A stretch of DNA of 64,000 nucleotides from an uncultured Bacteroidota bacterium (GTDB lineage Bacteria; Bacteroidota; Ignavibacteria; UBA10030; UBA8401). The position numbers and the translations under genes are program-made. Position 1 is the stretch's first letter. Each line of letters begins with the position of its first letter. Location of the stretch: assembly GCA_963772165.1 (NCBI GenBank), contig CAVYWA010000011.1:101909-165908 (forward strand). The letters run 5' to 3'. Shown here in pieces: positions 19,541-29,504 of the stretch. The notes beneath the pieces were generated by a model. The model made no database searches. It was not told where the DNA came from and saw nothing but the letters and a program-made list of their open reading frames with translations.

Positions 19541-21097
19541 ATGACAATGGCGGAAGTACGACCCGATGAGATAACTGCCGTGCTGCGAAAACAGCTCTCC
19601 GGCTTTGAAAAAGAAATCGATATTTATGATGTCGGCACCGTGCTGCAGGTCGGCGACGGCATCGCGCGCTTGTACGGCTTGTCCAAAGTCATGGCGAGCG
19701 AGCTGATTGAGTTTCCAAACGATGTTTTCGGCATGGTGCTGAACCTTGAAGAAGACAACGTCGGTTGTGTCCTCTTCGGCGACGATACGAAAATTAAAGA
19801 AGGCGACACGGTAAAACGAACGAAACGTGTTGCCTCAATGCCGGTCGGCGAGGCCATGCTCGGACGCGTTATCAACCCGCTCGGGCAGCCGCTTGACGGT
19901 CGCGGAACGATCAAGACAGACAAATTTTTACCTCTTGAAAGAAAAGCGCTCGGCGTTATCCAACGCCAGCCGGTGAAGCAGCCGCTCCAGACCGGGTTGA
20001 AAGCTATCGACGGCATGATTCCCATCGGGCGCGGACAGCGAGAGCTGATTATCGGCGACCGCCAAACCGGGAAGACCGCAGTTGCTCTCGACACAATTAT
20101 CAATCAGAAATATACACACTCCGAGAAGGCGAAGAAAGAAGGAGTAAAGCCGGTCTACTGTATCTATGTAGCGATCGGCCAGAAGGGATCGACCGTTGCG
20201 CAGGTGATGACAAAGCTTGAAGAAATGGGAGCGATGGAATATACGGCAATTATTTCCGCGACTGCCAGCGACCCGGCTCCCTTGCAGTTTATTGCTCCGT
20301 ATGCAGGCGCAACGCTCGGCGAATTTTTCCGCGACAGCGCGCGCGATGTACTGGTGGTGTACGATGACTTATCCAAGCATGCGGCGGCGTACCGTGAAGT
20401 ATCGCTGCTGCTGCGGCGCCCGCCCGGACGTGAAGCGTATCCCGGCGACGTGTTCTATCTTCATTCCCGTCTTCTTGAGCGTGCATCAAAGTTGAGCGAC
20501 GAGCTTGGCGGAGGAAGCCTGACGGCGCTTCCAATCATCGAGACGCAGGCGGGTGACGTTGCCGCCTATATTCCGACGAACGTTATCTCGATTACGGACG
20601 GACAGATTTTCCTCGAACCGAATTTGTTTAATTCCGGCGTGCGTCCCGCTATCAACGTCGGCATCTCCGTGTCGCGCGTCGGCGGAAATGCGCAGATCAA
20701 GGCGATGAAAAAAGTTGCCGGGCGCCTTCGCCTGGACCTCGCGCAATACCGTGAGCTGGAAGCGTTCGCGAAATTCGGCTCCGACCTTGATAAGGCGACG
20801 CAGCAGCAGCTGCAGCGCGGTTCGCGGCTTGTCGAAGTGTTGAAACAGAGACAGTACGTGCCGATGCCCGTCGAGAAACAAATCATCATGCTCTATCTCG
20901 GCACATCGGGTTTTCTGGACCAGCTGCCGGTCCACCGGGTGCTGCCGTTCGAGAAAGAGTTTCTTGAAATGGCTGAAACCCGCCACAAGGACCTTCTCGA
21001 CATCATTGCGGAGAAGAAAGAATTGACGGACGATATCACAAAACGCATTCAAACGATTGCGAAAGAATTCATGAATACATTCAGCGTGTCGGCGTAA
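19541..21097 (+). CDS. atpA: F0F1 ATP synthase subunit alpha
   Basis: Walker A GDRQTGKT. 518 aa with the conserved alpha-subunit sequence throughout. Confidence 0.95.
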   Translation: MTMAEVRPDEITAVLRKQLSGFEKEIDIYDVGTVLQVGDGIARLYGLSKVMASELIEFPNDVFGMVLNLEEDNVGCVLFGDDTKIKEGDTVKRTKRVASMPVGEAMLGRVINPLGQPLDGRGTIKTDKFLPLERKALGVIQRQPVKQPLQTGLKAIDGMIPIGRGQRELIIGDRQTGKTAVALDTIINQKYTHSEKAKKEGVKPVYCIYVAIGQKGSTVAQVMTKLEEMGAMEYTAIISATASDPAPLQFIAPYAGATLGEFFRDSARDVLVVYDDLSKHAAAYREVSLLLRRPPGREAYPGDVFYLHSRLLERASKLSDELGGGSLTALPIIETQAGDVAAYIPTNVISITDGQIFLEPNLFNSGVRPAINVGISVSRVGGNAQIKAMKKVAGRLRLDLAQYRELEAFAKFGSDLDKATQQQLQRGSRLVEVLKQRQYVPMPVEKQIIMLYLGTSGFLDQLPVHRVLPFEKEFLEMAETRHKDLLDIIAEKKELTDDITKRIQTIAKEFMNTFSVSA

Positions 21098-21099
21098 TT

Positions 21100-21996
21100 A
21101 TGGCTACGCTGCGCGACATACGAAGGAGCATTGCAGGCGTCAAGAGCACGCAGAAGATCACCAAGGCGATGAAGATGGTGGCCGCGGCAAAATTGCGCCG
21201 CGCCCAGGAGGCAATTCTTCAGGCGCGGCCGTACGCCCGCAAGATGGCGGAAATGCTGCGCCATCTTTCAGGCAAGGTTGATGCCGCAAAATATCCAGCC
21301 CTGACCCAGCGTCCCGTTGAAAAAGTCGCCATCGTCGTTGTTACCGCCGACCGCGGCTTATGCGGCGCATTTAACACGAACATTTTGCGCGCTGCCGTCA
21401 GCCACATCAACAATAATTATAAGGAGTTGTTCGCGGCGGGAAATGTGAAGCTTTTCTGCATCGGCAGAAAAGGGTTCGACTTTTTCAGCAAACGAAATTA
21501 CGAGATTCTCTCCAAGCAGGTAGGGATTTTCAACTCGCTGAATTTCGGCAATGCCCGGAACATCGTGAAAGAAATTGTGGACGGTTACGCCGCGAAAAAT
21601 TTTGATAAAGTCGTTGTTGTCTACAACGAATTCAAGAACGCCGCCCAGCAGCGGATAGCGATTGAACTCTTTCTGCCTGTTCCCCCCGATCCTGTCGAAA
21701 AAGGCAAAGAGAAGAAACTCCGCTCGCTCGTCGATTACATCTATGAACCGTCGAGCGAAGAGATTATCTCTGCACTCGTTCCGAAACATTTGAATTTTCA
21801 AATGTGGCGCATCCTCCTGGAGTCCAACGCCGCCGAGCAGGGGGCACGCATGACTGCGATGGAGAATGCTTCAACAAACGCGAAAGAAATGATCAGTTCG
21901 CTCGAACTCTCCTACAATAAGGCGCGCCAGGCATCCATCACGAAAGAGCTGCTGGAAATTGTCAGCGGCGCCGAAGCACTGAAAAAAGCAGGCTGA
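21100..21996 (+). CDS. atpG: F0F1 ATP synthase subunit gamma
   Basis: 298 aa. N-terminal MATLRDIRRSIAGVKSTQKITKAMKMVAAAKLRRAQ is the gamma signature. Confidence 0.9.
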   Translation: MATLRDIRRSIAGVKSTQKITKAMKMVAAAKLRRAQEAILQARPYARKMAEMLRHLSGKVDAAKYPALTQRPVEKVAIVVVTADRGLCGAFNTNILRAAVSHINNNYKELFAAGNVKLFCIGRKGFDFFSKRNYEILSKQVGIFNSLNFGNARNIVKEIVDGYAAKNFDKVVVVYNEFKNAAQQRIAIELFLPVPPDPVEKGKEKKLRSLVDYIYEPSSEEIISALVPKHLNFQMWRILLESNAAEQGARMTAMENASTNAKEMISSLELSYNKARQASITKELLEIVSGAEALKKAG

Positions 21997-22098
21997 GGTT
22001 AATTAAGAATTATGAATTAAGAATTGGAGGCGAATTGCCTCATTTTTTTAATCTCTAATTCCTAATTCCTAATTTTTAATTCATAATTCTTCATTGCT
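21997..22098. repeat. AT-rich palindromic element with (TAATTCC)3-like heptad tract; likely atp-operon terminator and/or ffh leader
   Basis: aattaagaattatgaattaagaatt ... aatttttaattcataattctt form a long inverted repeat. The tract ctaattcctaattcctaattttt recurs at 60700-60735 and 61958-61990. Confidence 0.55.
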
Positions 22099-23421
22099 GT
22101 GTTTGATACCCTTACTCAAAAATTAGATTCTGTTCTCAAGCGGCTTCGCGGAGAAGGAAGAATTTCCGAAGCGAACATTGCGGAGATGCTGCGCGAAGTT
22201 CGCAAGGTCTTGCTCGATGCGGACGTCAACTATAAAGTCGTAAAGCAGTTCATCGACAACGTCCAGCAGAAGTCGCTTGGCAAAGAAGTTGTCACGAGCA
22301 TCGCGCCCGGCCAGCTCATCGTGAAAATAATCCACGATGAACTGGTTGTGTTGTTGGGGACCGCGAAAGCCGACATCGTGATCTCGCAGACGCCGCCGTC
22401 GGTTATCCTGATTGCAGGACTGCAGGGATCGGGGAAAACGACTTTCGCTGGAAAGCTGGCAAATTTATTGAAGTCGAAGGGCCGCAGCCCGCTTCTCGTT
22501 GCGGCGGATGTCTACCGTCCTGCGGCGATCGACCAGTTGATCATGCTCGGCGGGCAGATTGAAGTTCCCGTTTTCTCCAGCAGGACGGACACGGCGATCG
22601 ACATTGCGAAGAACAGCATTGAGCACGCGCGAAAGAATGCACGGGACACCGTGATCATCGATACGGCAGGCCGCTTGCATGTGGATGAAGAAATGATGCG
22701 TGAGGTTGAGAGCATCAAGTCATCCGTCCAGCCCCATGAAATATTGTTCGTCGTGGATGCGATGACGGGACAGGATGCGGTCAACACGGCAAAGGCGTTT
22801 CACGACCGCCTCAATTTTGACGGCGTCGTTCTTACAAAACTCGACGGCGATACGCGCGGTGGTGCCGCCCTCTCTATCCGCTCGATCGTCGAGAAACCGA
22901 TCAAGTTTGTCGGAACCGGTGAAAAGCTCGACGCCCTTGAGCAGTTCCATCCCGACCGCATGGCGTCGAGGATTCTCGGCATGGGGGATATCGTTACGCT
23001 TGTTGAGAAAGCCCAGCAGACGTTCGACAAGGACAAGGCACAGCAGCTTGAACAAAAAATACGAAAGTCGCAATTTACGCTCGAAGATTTTTACAGCCAG
23101 CTCCAGGAAATCAAAAAAATGGGTCCGTTGAGCCAGGTGCTGTCGATGATTCCCGGAGCGAACAAGCTCGGCAACGTGAACGATGTTGACGAAAAAGAGA
23201 TGAAATATGTTGAGGCCATGATCCTGTCGATGACGATTGAAGAACGGCAGCACCCCGCGATCATCAACGGATCGCGGCGAAAGCGCATTGCCACAGGGAG
23301 CGGAAGATCCGTGCAGGAAGTGAACAAGCTTCTCAAGCAGTTTTTCGAGATGCAAAAAATGATGAAGAATTTTACAAAAGGAAAGAATGTCGGGCGCATG
23401 ATGGCGCAGCGTTTCCACTGA
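22099..23421 (+). CDS. ffh: signal recognition particle protein Ffh
   Basis: NG domain with GLQGSGKTT. M-domain methionine-rich C-terminus. GTG start. Confidence 0.95.
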   Translation: MFDTLTQKLDSVLKRLRGEGRISEANIAEMLREVRKVLLDADVNYKVVKQFIDNVQQKSLGKEVVTSIAPGQLIVKIIHDELVVLLGTAKADIVISQTPPSVILIAGLQGSGKTTFAGKLANLLKSKGRSPLLVAADVYRPAAIDQLIMLGGQIEVPVFSSRTDTAIDIAKNSIEHARKNARDTVIIDTAGRLHVDEEMMREVESIKSSVQPHEILFVVDAMTGQDAVNTAKAFHDRLNFDGVVLTKLDGDTRGGAALSIRSIVEKPIKFVGTGEKLDALEQFHPDRMASRILGMGDIVTLVEKAQQTFDKDKAQQLEQKIRKSQFTLEDFYSQLQEIKKMGPLSQVLSMIPGANKLGNVNDVDEKEMKYVEAMILSMTIEERQHPAIINGSRRKRIATGSGRSVQEVNKLLKQFFEMQKMMKNFTKGKNVGRMMAQRFH

Positions 23422-23474
23422 GTTGCATATTAATCGGCATCTACTCATATTTATAGAAAAAAGGAGATACAGCT

Positions 23475-23924
23475 TTGGCAGTCAAATTACGACTTCAACG
23501 AATGGGCAAGAAGAAACAACCCATTTACAAGATTGTGGCGGTAGATTCGCGCAGAAAGCGCGATGGGCGGTTTATCGACGCCGTGGGTGCCTATAACCCG
23601 AGCACCAACCCCATGACCATTACACTGAAGGAAGACCGCATTTTTCACTGGCTTGAACGGGGCGCCCAGCCGACCGATACGGTGAAGAATTTGTTGAGCC
23701 GGAAAGGCGTGTGGTTGAAATGGGGTTTGAAAAAGAAAAAAGCCGATGAAGCAACCATCGCTGCCGAATTTGAAAAATGGCAGATGATGCAAGGGCTGAA
23801 GCTGCAGAAAGAAAATGAACGCAGCGCCCGCCGCAACGCCGCGAAGAAGAAAAAGAAGGCTGTCGCGCAAGAGGCTCCGGCCCAGCCTGAAGCAGCCGCT
23901 CCGGCAGCTCCTGCGCAAGCGTAA
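23475..23924 (+). CDS. rpsP: 30S ribosomal protein S16 with K/A-rich C-terminal extension
   Basis: TTG start after SD aaaggag. N-terminus [21 protein letters not shown]. About 70 extra C-terminal residues rich in K, A, P and E. Confidence 0.9.
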   Translation: MAVKLRLQRMGKKKQPIYKIVAVDSRRKRDGRFIDAVGAYNPSTNPMTITLKEDRIFHWLERGAQPTDTVKNLLSRKGVWLKWGLKKKKADEATIAAEFEKWQMMQGLKLQKENERSARRNAAKKKKKAVAQEAPAQPEAAAPAAPAQA

Positions 23925-24047
23925 CGACGGTATTCGTTCGCTGAAGCATTTGTCTCTCCGATGAACGGAAGAAGGCTCAAGCATTCTGGCAGCTCGGTCA
24001 TGACGCTATGTTTGCAGTTGTTTTTCGAACAGCTTTAGGAGGTGCAC

Positions 24048-24278
24048 ATGCGGGATTTCATCGAATATATCGCCAAGCAACTTGTCGATAACCCGGACGC
24101 CGTTTCTCTCGTCGATGAAGAGAAAGAAGGAAAAGTTATCCTCAAGTTGAAAGTGGGGGAAGCAGATGTGGGAAAAATCATCGGCCGCAAAGGCCGGACA
24201 GCCCAGGCGATGAGAGTTCTTTTAAGTGCGGTTGCGGCAAAGAACGGCAAACGAGCGATGCTTGAAGTGCTGGATTAG
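24048..24278 (+). CDS. KH-domain RNA-binding protein (YlqC/UPF0109 family)
   Basis: GKIIGRKGRTAQAMR KH GXXG loop. ATG at 24048 sits 7 nt after SD aggagg; the ORF-track GTG at 24042 is too close to the SD. Confidence 0.85.
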   Translation: MRDFIEYIAKQLVDNPDAVSLVDEEKEGKVILKLKVGEADVGKIIGRKGRTAQAMRVLLSAVAAKNGKRAMLEVLD

Positions 24279-24289
24279 ATGCCGGTACC

Positions 24290-24874
24290 GTGGTAAACCT
24301 GAATGTGCGGAGAGCTGTGAAATCACATCAAGCGGCGCATCCTCAACTGCGTGCAGTCGGCGTTGTCGCGAAAGTTTTCGGCGTGAAAGGAGAAGTGAAG
24401 GTACATTCCTATTCACGGACGTACGATGAGTTTGAAAAACTTGGTTCCGTGCTGGCGGGGAAGAGCGAAGACAAGGTTGTCGAGAGAAAGATTGAAAAAA
24501 TTTTACGGCGCGGAAACGAGATCTACGTAAAATTTCTTGATGTGAATGACCGAAACGCATCGGAAGCCTTGGTCGGTCATTTTTTATTTGTTGAAGAAAC
24601 GGCGCAGAAACGGCTGTCGCCCGGCGAGTTCTTTGTGGACGACATTATCGGACTTTCCGTCTGCGATTCTGAGAAGAGGATACTCGGCATCGTTGGAGAC
24701 GTCATCCGGTACCCTGCTCAGGATATTTATGTTGTTAAGACCGGCAGAGGTGAAGTGATGGTGCCGGCGGTGCGCGATATAGTCCGTGCTGTCGATGTCG
24801 AAAATCGAACGATCACGATCGATCCCCCGGAGGGTCTTTTTGACGGGCGCGCAGGCGTTTCGCCGGATCGTTGA
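24290..24874 (+). CDS. rimM: 16S rRNA processing protein RimM
   Basis: VGVVAKVFGVKGEVKV N-terminal beta-barrel motif plus a PRC C-domain. Start uncertain, with several in-frame GTGs. Confidence 0.85.
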   Translation: MVNLNVRRAVKSHQAAHPQLRAVGVVAKVFGVKGEVKVHSYSRTYDEFEKLGSVLAGKSEDKVVERKIEKILRRGNEIYVKFLDVNDRNASEALVGHFLFVEETAQKRLSPGEFFVDDIIGLSVCDSEKRILGIVGDVIRYPAQDIYVVKTGRGEVMVPAVRDIVRAVDVENRTITIDPPEGLFDGRAGVSPDR

Positions 24875-25584
24875 AAAGTGCGAGAGATGGAAGCGTTATG
24901 AGCATACGGATCGATATTCTCTCAGCAATACCGAAGCTGCTTGTCAGCCCGCTCAATGAGAGCATTCTGAAAATTGCGCAGGAGAAAAAGCTGGCGGAAA
25001 TCGTCGTGCACGATCTGCGGGCATTTACTCACGACAAACATCATACACTCGACGAACCGCCGTATGGCGGCGGGGCCGGCATGATTCTGAAACCGGAGCC
25101 GATCGTCGAATGTATTGAGTCGCTGCAGGCGCAGAGGACATACGATGAAATCATCTATGTGAGTGCGGATGGTGAGCCGTTTACACAAAAAATCGCCAAC
25201 GACTTATCTTTGAAATCGAACGTTATGATCCTTTGCGGGCATTACAAAGGAGTCGATGAGCGCGTCAGGCAAACCGTCATAACGCGTGAGATCTCGATCG
25301 GCGACTATGTGCTGACGGGCGGTGAACTTGCTGCGCTGGTGATTGCCGATGCCGTGGTGAGAGTGATACCGGGAGTGATCGGAGACGGGGAATCGGCGCT
25401 GTCGGATTCGTTTCAGGACGGGTTATTGGACAGCCCGCATTACACCCGGCCGCCGGAATACCGCGGCATGAAAGTGCCGGAAGTCCTGCTTTCGGGGAAT
25501 CACAAGGAGATTGCCGCATGGCGCGATGAGGAGCGAAAGAAGCGGACCGAAGAGCGCCGCGAAGATTTGATTCATAAAAAATAA
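24871..25584 (+). CDS. trmD: tRNA (guanine37-N1)-methyltransferase TrmD
   Basis: SPOUT knot motifs (ILCGHYKGVDERV...GDYVLTGGELAA). Overlaps the rimM stop. Confidence 0.95.
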   Translation: MKSARDGSVMSIRIDILSAIPKLLVSPLNESILKIAQEKKLAEIVVHDLRAFTHDKHHTLDEPPYGGGAGMILKPEPIVECIESLQAQRTYDEIIYVSADGEPFTQKIANDLSLKSNVMILCGHYKGVDERVRQTVITREISIGDYVLTGGELAALVIADAVVRVIPGVIGDGESALSDSFQDGLLDSPHYTRPPEYRGMKVPEVLLSGNHKEIAAWRDEERKKRTEERREDLIHKK

Positions 25585-25731
25585 TAGTTAATAAAAAATC
25601 TCATGCGGAGTCGCAAAACCGCCAATGTTTAATTTTTAATGTATTTTTCGTCTTTGCGACTTTGCGTGAGGCGACGTTCACGTATCTTTACAAAGTTTCA
25701 AAAATAACAAGTTAACAACCGGAGTACAACA

Positions 25732-26073
25732 ATGAGCAAGATCAAATTGGTAGAAGCAACACAACTCAAAACGAACATCCCCGAGTTTACGACGGGCGAT
25801 ACGCTGAATGTCCACGTGCGTGTCATCGAAGGCGATAAAGAACGCATCCAGCAATTTCAGGGCGTCGTGATCGGCAAGCGGGGAAGCGGAATGGGCGCGA
25901 CCTTTAGGATCAGGAAAGTATCCGATGGCGTGGGCGTTGAGAGAATTTTCCCCACGCACTCTCCACGCATCGCCAAAATTGAAAAGATTAAATCGAGCAA
26001 GGTCCGCCGTGCGAAGCTCTACTATTTGCGTGACCTTGCCGCAAAACAGATCCGCCAGAAAACCAGCAACTGA
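25732..26073 (+). CDS. rplS: 50S ribosomal protein L19
   Basis: 113 aa. [29 protein letters not shown] is the L19 signature. Confidence 0.95.
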   Translation: MSKIKLVEATQLKTNIPEFTTGDTLNVHVRVIEGDKERIQQFQGVVIGKRGSGMGATFRIRKVSDGVGVERIFPTHSPRIAKIEKIKSSKVRRAKLYYLRDLAAKQIRQKTSN

Positions 26074-26080
26074 GCCCTGC

Positions 26081-26884
26081 GTGCCCGGAAATCAATTTCG
26101 AATAGGGGCAATCCCCGATTTCTATTGCCGGCCGGTTATCTTCGGATTACAGCAACCGGAAAGTCCCGCTGCGGCGGGACTTTTCTTTGAGAGCACCGGA
26201 GTGAACACCGAGCGTATTCTCAACGACGAATGCGATGCGGCTCTGATCGGGCCCGTCGAGTTTGCACGCAACAGTTCGGACTTTTCGCTGTATCCGTCGG
26301 TCGGCGTTTCCTCGCGTGGGGAAAGCCGGACGAGCATGCTGTGCGTGAACCAAAATATTCGCGCGATCACTTCCGTCGCCGTCGGCGCAGTTTCTTCATC
26401 CGATATTATCCTGGCCAAAATCATCCTTTCCGAAAAATTTGAACAAGAAATTGTCATCGTGCCGGTGATCGGCTCGGTGCAGCAAATGCTGCTGAAGGCC
26501 GATGCCGCCCTTCTTACGGGCAACGCACTGCTCGCTTCACGGTGGGAAGGGCCGACGCTCGATCTCGTCGATGAGTGGTCCGACATGACAGACCTGCCGT
26601 TCGTCCATCTCCTCTGCGCCGCCCGAAAAGAGAAACACAAGAAAGAAATTGCATCGCTGCTTCTCACCTCCATGGAAAAAGGGATCGCTTCACTTCCCGC
26701 CATTGCTGCACAGCAATCGAAAGAATTGTCCCTTCCCGTTGATGAGATAGAACAGCAACTTGAAGACTATGCGTACGGTTTCGACGATGAAGCCCGTGAA
26801 GCTCTGGGCGAATTTTTCCGTTACGCATTCTACCTCGGTATCTTCCCCGACGTGCCGGAGATAGATGTATTCGGGAACGAGTAA
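26081..26884 (+). CDS. menaquinone-via-futalosine family protein (MqnA/MqnD, VitK2_biosynth fold)
   Basis: GTG start 8 nt after the rplS stop. N-terminus FRIGAIPDFYCRPVIFGL...DAALIGPVEFARNSSDFSLYP...VGVSSRGESRTSMLCV matches the MqnA/DUF178 pattern (RIGxIPYLN...DAALIS..EY.R...Y.LLP...). A perfect 10-bp hairpin (26160-26183) lies inside the coding sequence. Confidence 0.55.
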   Translation: MPGNQFRIGAIPDFYCRPVIFGLQQPESPAAAGLFFESTGVNTERILNDECDAALIGPVEFARNSSDFSLYPSVGVSSRGESRTSMLCVNQNIRAITSVAVGAVSSSDIILAKIILSEKFEQEIVIVPVIGSVQQMLLKADAALLTGNALLASRWEGPTLDLVDEWSDMTDLPFVHLLCAARKEKHKKEIASLLLTSMEKGIASLPAIAAQQSKELSLPVDEIEQQLEDYAYGFDDEAREALGEFFRYAFYLGIFPDVPEIDVFGNE

Positions 26885-27038
26885 TCACGGAAATTCTTTC
26901 CACTCGCACCGAACTATCACCAGCTTGAGATCAAAGTCGAGAAACACGACGAAGAACTGCAGACGATTTTCGAAGCTATACACCAATTGATGGCCCTTTT
27001 GAAGAATCCAAAACGGAAAATTGGATTCTGCATTTCAT
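26885..27038 (+). pseudogene. 3'-terminal remnant of an ORF6N/KilA-N-like gene
   Basis: The frame opens right after the previous stop with no start codon. NYHQLEIKVEKHDEELQTIFEAIHQLMALLKNPKRKIGF aligns with the C-terminus of the intact ORF6N protein at 58653-59165 (NHKELALRLKELEMRIDKHDDAISAIFEAIRQLMAPPEKPKRPIGF). Confidence 0.6.
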
Positions 27039-27134
27039 GACCATGGAATGCCATGACCCCGAGTCAAGGCAGACTACTTGTTGAAGCCGTCCCCACAGGT
27101 TGAAACTCTCCCAAATTCAGCGTAACTTCATTCC

Positions 27135-28865
27135 ATGTTGCATTCCCTGTACGTTAAAAATTATGCATTGATAGAGGAAATCAGCGTTACCTTCGAGCGC
27201 GGCCTCAACATTATCACCGGGGAAACCGGTGCCGGGAAGTCGATTCTCATCGACGCGCTGAGTTTGCTCCTTGGTGAACGCGCCAGTTCCGATGTCGTCC
27301 GCAAGGGAGCGGAGAAGGCAATCGTTGAAGGGGCGTTTATCGTTACCGGCTCGCCGAAAATTCAATCCCTCTTAAAAGACAACGACATCGAATCGCTAGG
27401 CGAAATGATTGTCCGCCGGGAAATTTCGGCGAAGGGGCAAAGCCGCTGTTTCATGAACGACTCTCCCGTTTCTCTCGCGCTTCTGAAGGAAGCGGGCGAC
27501 GTGCTCGTTGACCTCCACGGACAGCACGACCACCAGGCATTGCTTAGGCCGGAAACCCATATCGATTTTCTCGACGATTTCGGAGGAGATGAAATCGTTC
27601 TCTCGGAATATCGTCAATCCTACAAAAAGCTCTCCGACCTCTTTTTAAAAAAACACAATCTGCGGGAACAAGAGCATCGCCTGAAAGAAAAGAAGGATCT
27701 GTACGAATTTCAGATGAAGGAAATTGATGCCATCAGTCCGCAGCGTGGAGAAGAAGAAACGCTTGAATCGGAATTGAAGCTCCTGGAAAATGCCGAGAAA
27801 CTGCATGAACTGACTTCACAGGTGAGCCAGCTTTTATACGAAGGGGAATCTTCGGTACATGATAACCTGGTTCTTGCATGGAAACAGATCGAAGCGCTGC
27901 GGGAGATCGACTCCGTTTTTACCGATGCTGCGGGCGAAGCGAAATCTGCAGAAATTATTGTGGAGGAATTGTCGAAGTTCATTCAATCGTACAACGCGAA
28001 AATTGAATTCAACCCTGAGAAGCTCGAGCAGATCCGCGAACGCCTCGGCCAATTCTCCCTGCTGAAAAAGAAATACGGCGGCACACTTGAATCTCTCCTT
28101 GAGCACCGCTTAAAGATCGGCAATGAATTTTCGCTTGCCGAAAATTTTGAAAAAGAGCTGACGGCAATTGAGTCCGCGATCTCGGCCGAACGCAAGGTCT
28201 GCTCGGCTGCGGCGCAGCAGCTGACGGAAAAACGCCGCGACGCGGCAAAAAGGATCGAAAAATCCATTATCGCCTCACTTGCCGACCTTGGAATCACGAA
28301 TGCAAAATTTTCAGTCAGCATTTCCAATGTGCCGTTCAAAGCGGGGGCAAACAACGGAGATGCCGCCGCGGCCGATGTGTTCGTACAAATAGGAAAAGAA
28401 TACTACGAAGCGACGGCAAAAGGAATCGATGTTGTGGAATTTTTTATTTCGACCAATGTCGGCGAGGATGTGAAGCCGCTGGCGAAAGTCGCGTCGGGGG
28501 GAGAAATTTCCCGCGTGATGCTCGCCCTGAAATCCGCCCTCGCCGCTTCGGATAAGGTCCCGCTGCTTATCTTTGATGAGATTGACGTTGGCGTCAGCGG
28601 ACGCATTGGTCAAGCAGTAGGTTTGAGTTTAAAAAAACTTGCTGCGCTTCACCAGATTATTACGATCACTCACCTTCCGCAAATTGCCGGATTGGCGGAT
28701 ACGCATTTTGCGGTCGAGAAAATTGAAGATGGTAAACGGACGACAACCCGTTTGCGCAAGCTGGATGTCGAAGAACGAGTTCGTGAAGTTGCAAAATTAA
28801 TGAGCGGGGAAAAGATAACGGAGGCGGGGTTAAAAAGCGCGAAGGAATTGATGGGTTTGAGATAA
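27135..28865 (+). CDS. recN: DNA repair protein RecN
   Basis: SMC-like architecture: N-terminal Walker A GETGAGKS, long coiled coil, C-terminal signature (SGGEISRVMLAL) and Walker B LLIFDEID. Confidence 0.95.
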   Translation: MLHSLYVKNYALIEEISVTFERGLNIITGETGAGKSILIDALSLLLGERASSDVVRKGAEKAIVEGAFIVTGSPKIQSLLKDNDIESLGEMIVRREISAKGQSRCFMNDSPVSLALLKEAGDVLVDLHGQHDHQALLRPETHIDFLDDFGGDEIVLSEYRQSYKKLSDLFLKKHNLREQEHRLKEKKDLYEFQMKEIDAISPQRGEEETLESELKLLENAEKLHELTSQVSQLLYEGESSVHDNLVLAWKQIEALREIDSVFTDAAGEAKSAEIIVEELSKFIQSYNAKIEFNPEKLEQIRERLGQFSLLKKKYGGTLESLLEHRLKIGNEFSLAENFEKELTAIESAISAERKVCSAAAQQLTEKRRDAAKRIEKSIIASLADLGITNAKFSVSISNVPFKAGANNGDAAAADVFVQIGKEYYEATAKGIDVVEFFISTNVGEDVKPLAKVASGGEISRVMLALKSALAASDKVPLLIFDEIDVGVSGRIGQAVGLSLKKLAALHQIITITHLPQIAGLADTHFAVEKIEDGKRTTTRLRKLDVEERVREVAKLMSGEKITEAGLKSAKELMGLR

Positions 28866-28925
28866 ACCGCAAAGGACGCAGGGGGCGCGAAGGGAAAAGT
28901 AAAAAATCATATAGGGGGAAATTCG

Positions 28926-29303
28926 ATGACGGAGGATCAGCTATCTAAAGTAGCTATAGATTGTGCGATGAGAGTTCACACTATGCTTGGAGCAGGATTA
29001 CTTGAGTCTGCTTATGAAGAGTGCTTGTTTTATGAACTCTCACAAAAGCGCATTGCTGTTGAGCGTCAAAAGCCGATGCCACTCGTTTACTGTAACGTGA
29101 AACTAGATTGTGGATACAGAATTGACCTTTTACTGGAGGGGAAGCTCATCTTGGAGCTGAAAGCTGTTGAAGCGCTCAACGACGTTCATCTTGCTCAATT
29201 GTTGACGTACCTAAAACTATCAGGCTGTAAACTCGGATTGTTAATTAATTTCAACGTAGCACATTTAAGAGACGGCATTAAGAGAGTTGTCCTCCATCTT
29301 TAG
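28926..29303 (+). CDS. GxxExxY family protein (PDDEXK_3 nuclease-fold)
   Basis: 125 aa. The GLLESAYEECLFYEL motif and overall length match the GxxExxY family. Confidence 0.8.
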   Translation: MTEDQLSKVAIDCAMRVHTMLGAGLLESAYEECLFYELSQKRIAVERQKPMPLVYCNVKLDCGYRIDLLLEGKLILELKAVEALNDVHLAQLLTYLKLSGCKLGLLINFNVAHLRDGIKRVVLHL

Positions 29304-29504
29304 TCAAAATGGAAAGACCATTTCTTCGCGCTCCTTTGCGTCCATAGCGGTTAATGAAGTCTATTTTTCTCGTTAGGTCAACTTGGTCCTGCGGTAAAGT
29401 TAAACCGATTCTGCTTCTCCTCTCGGAAGAAAAAAATGATTAATAGTTTCATCTCAGCCATCAAACCAAGAAAAGCCAATACCTAATATCCAGACCCAAA
29501 GAAA

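Noticed and set aside
22720-23448. 242-aa minus-strand ORF
   Set aside because: Antisense to ffh.
26161-26190. Hairpin taken as the rplS terminator, with the next gene starting at GTG 26199
   Set aside because: The upstream in-frame sequence encodes the conserved MqnA N-terminal motif. The gene start is better placed at GTG 26081, which leaves the hairpin intragenic.
29304-29504. Possible tRNA or T-box leader upstream of cysS
   Set aside because: No cloverleaf-compatible acceptor or anticodon arms found by eye, and no T-box specifier features.
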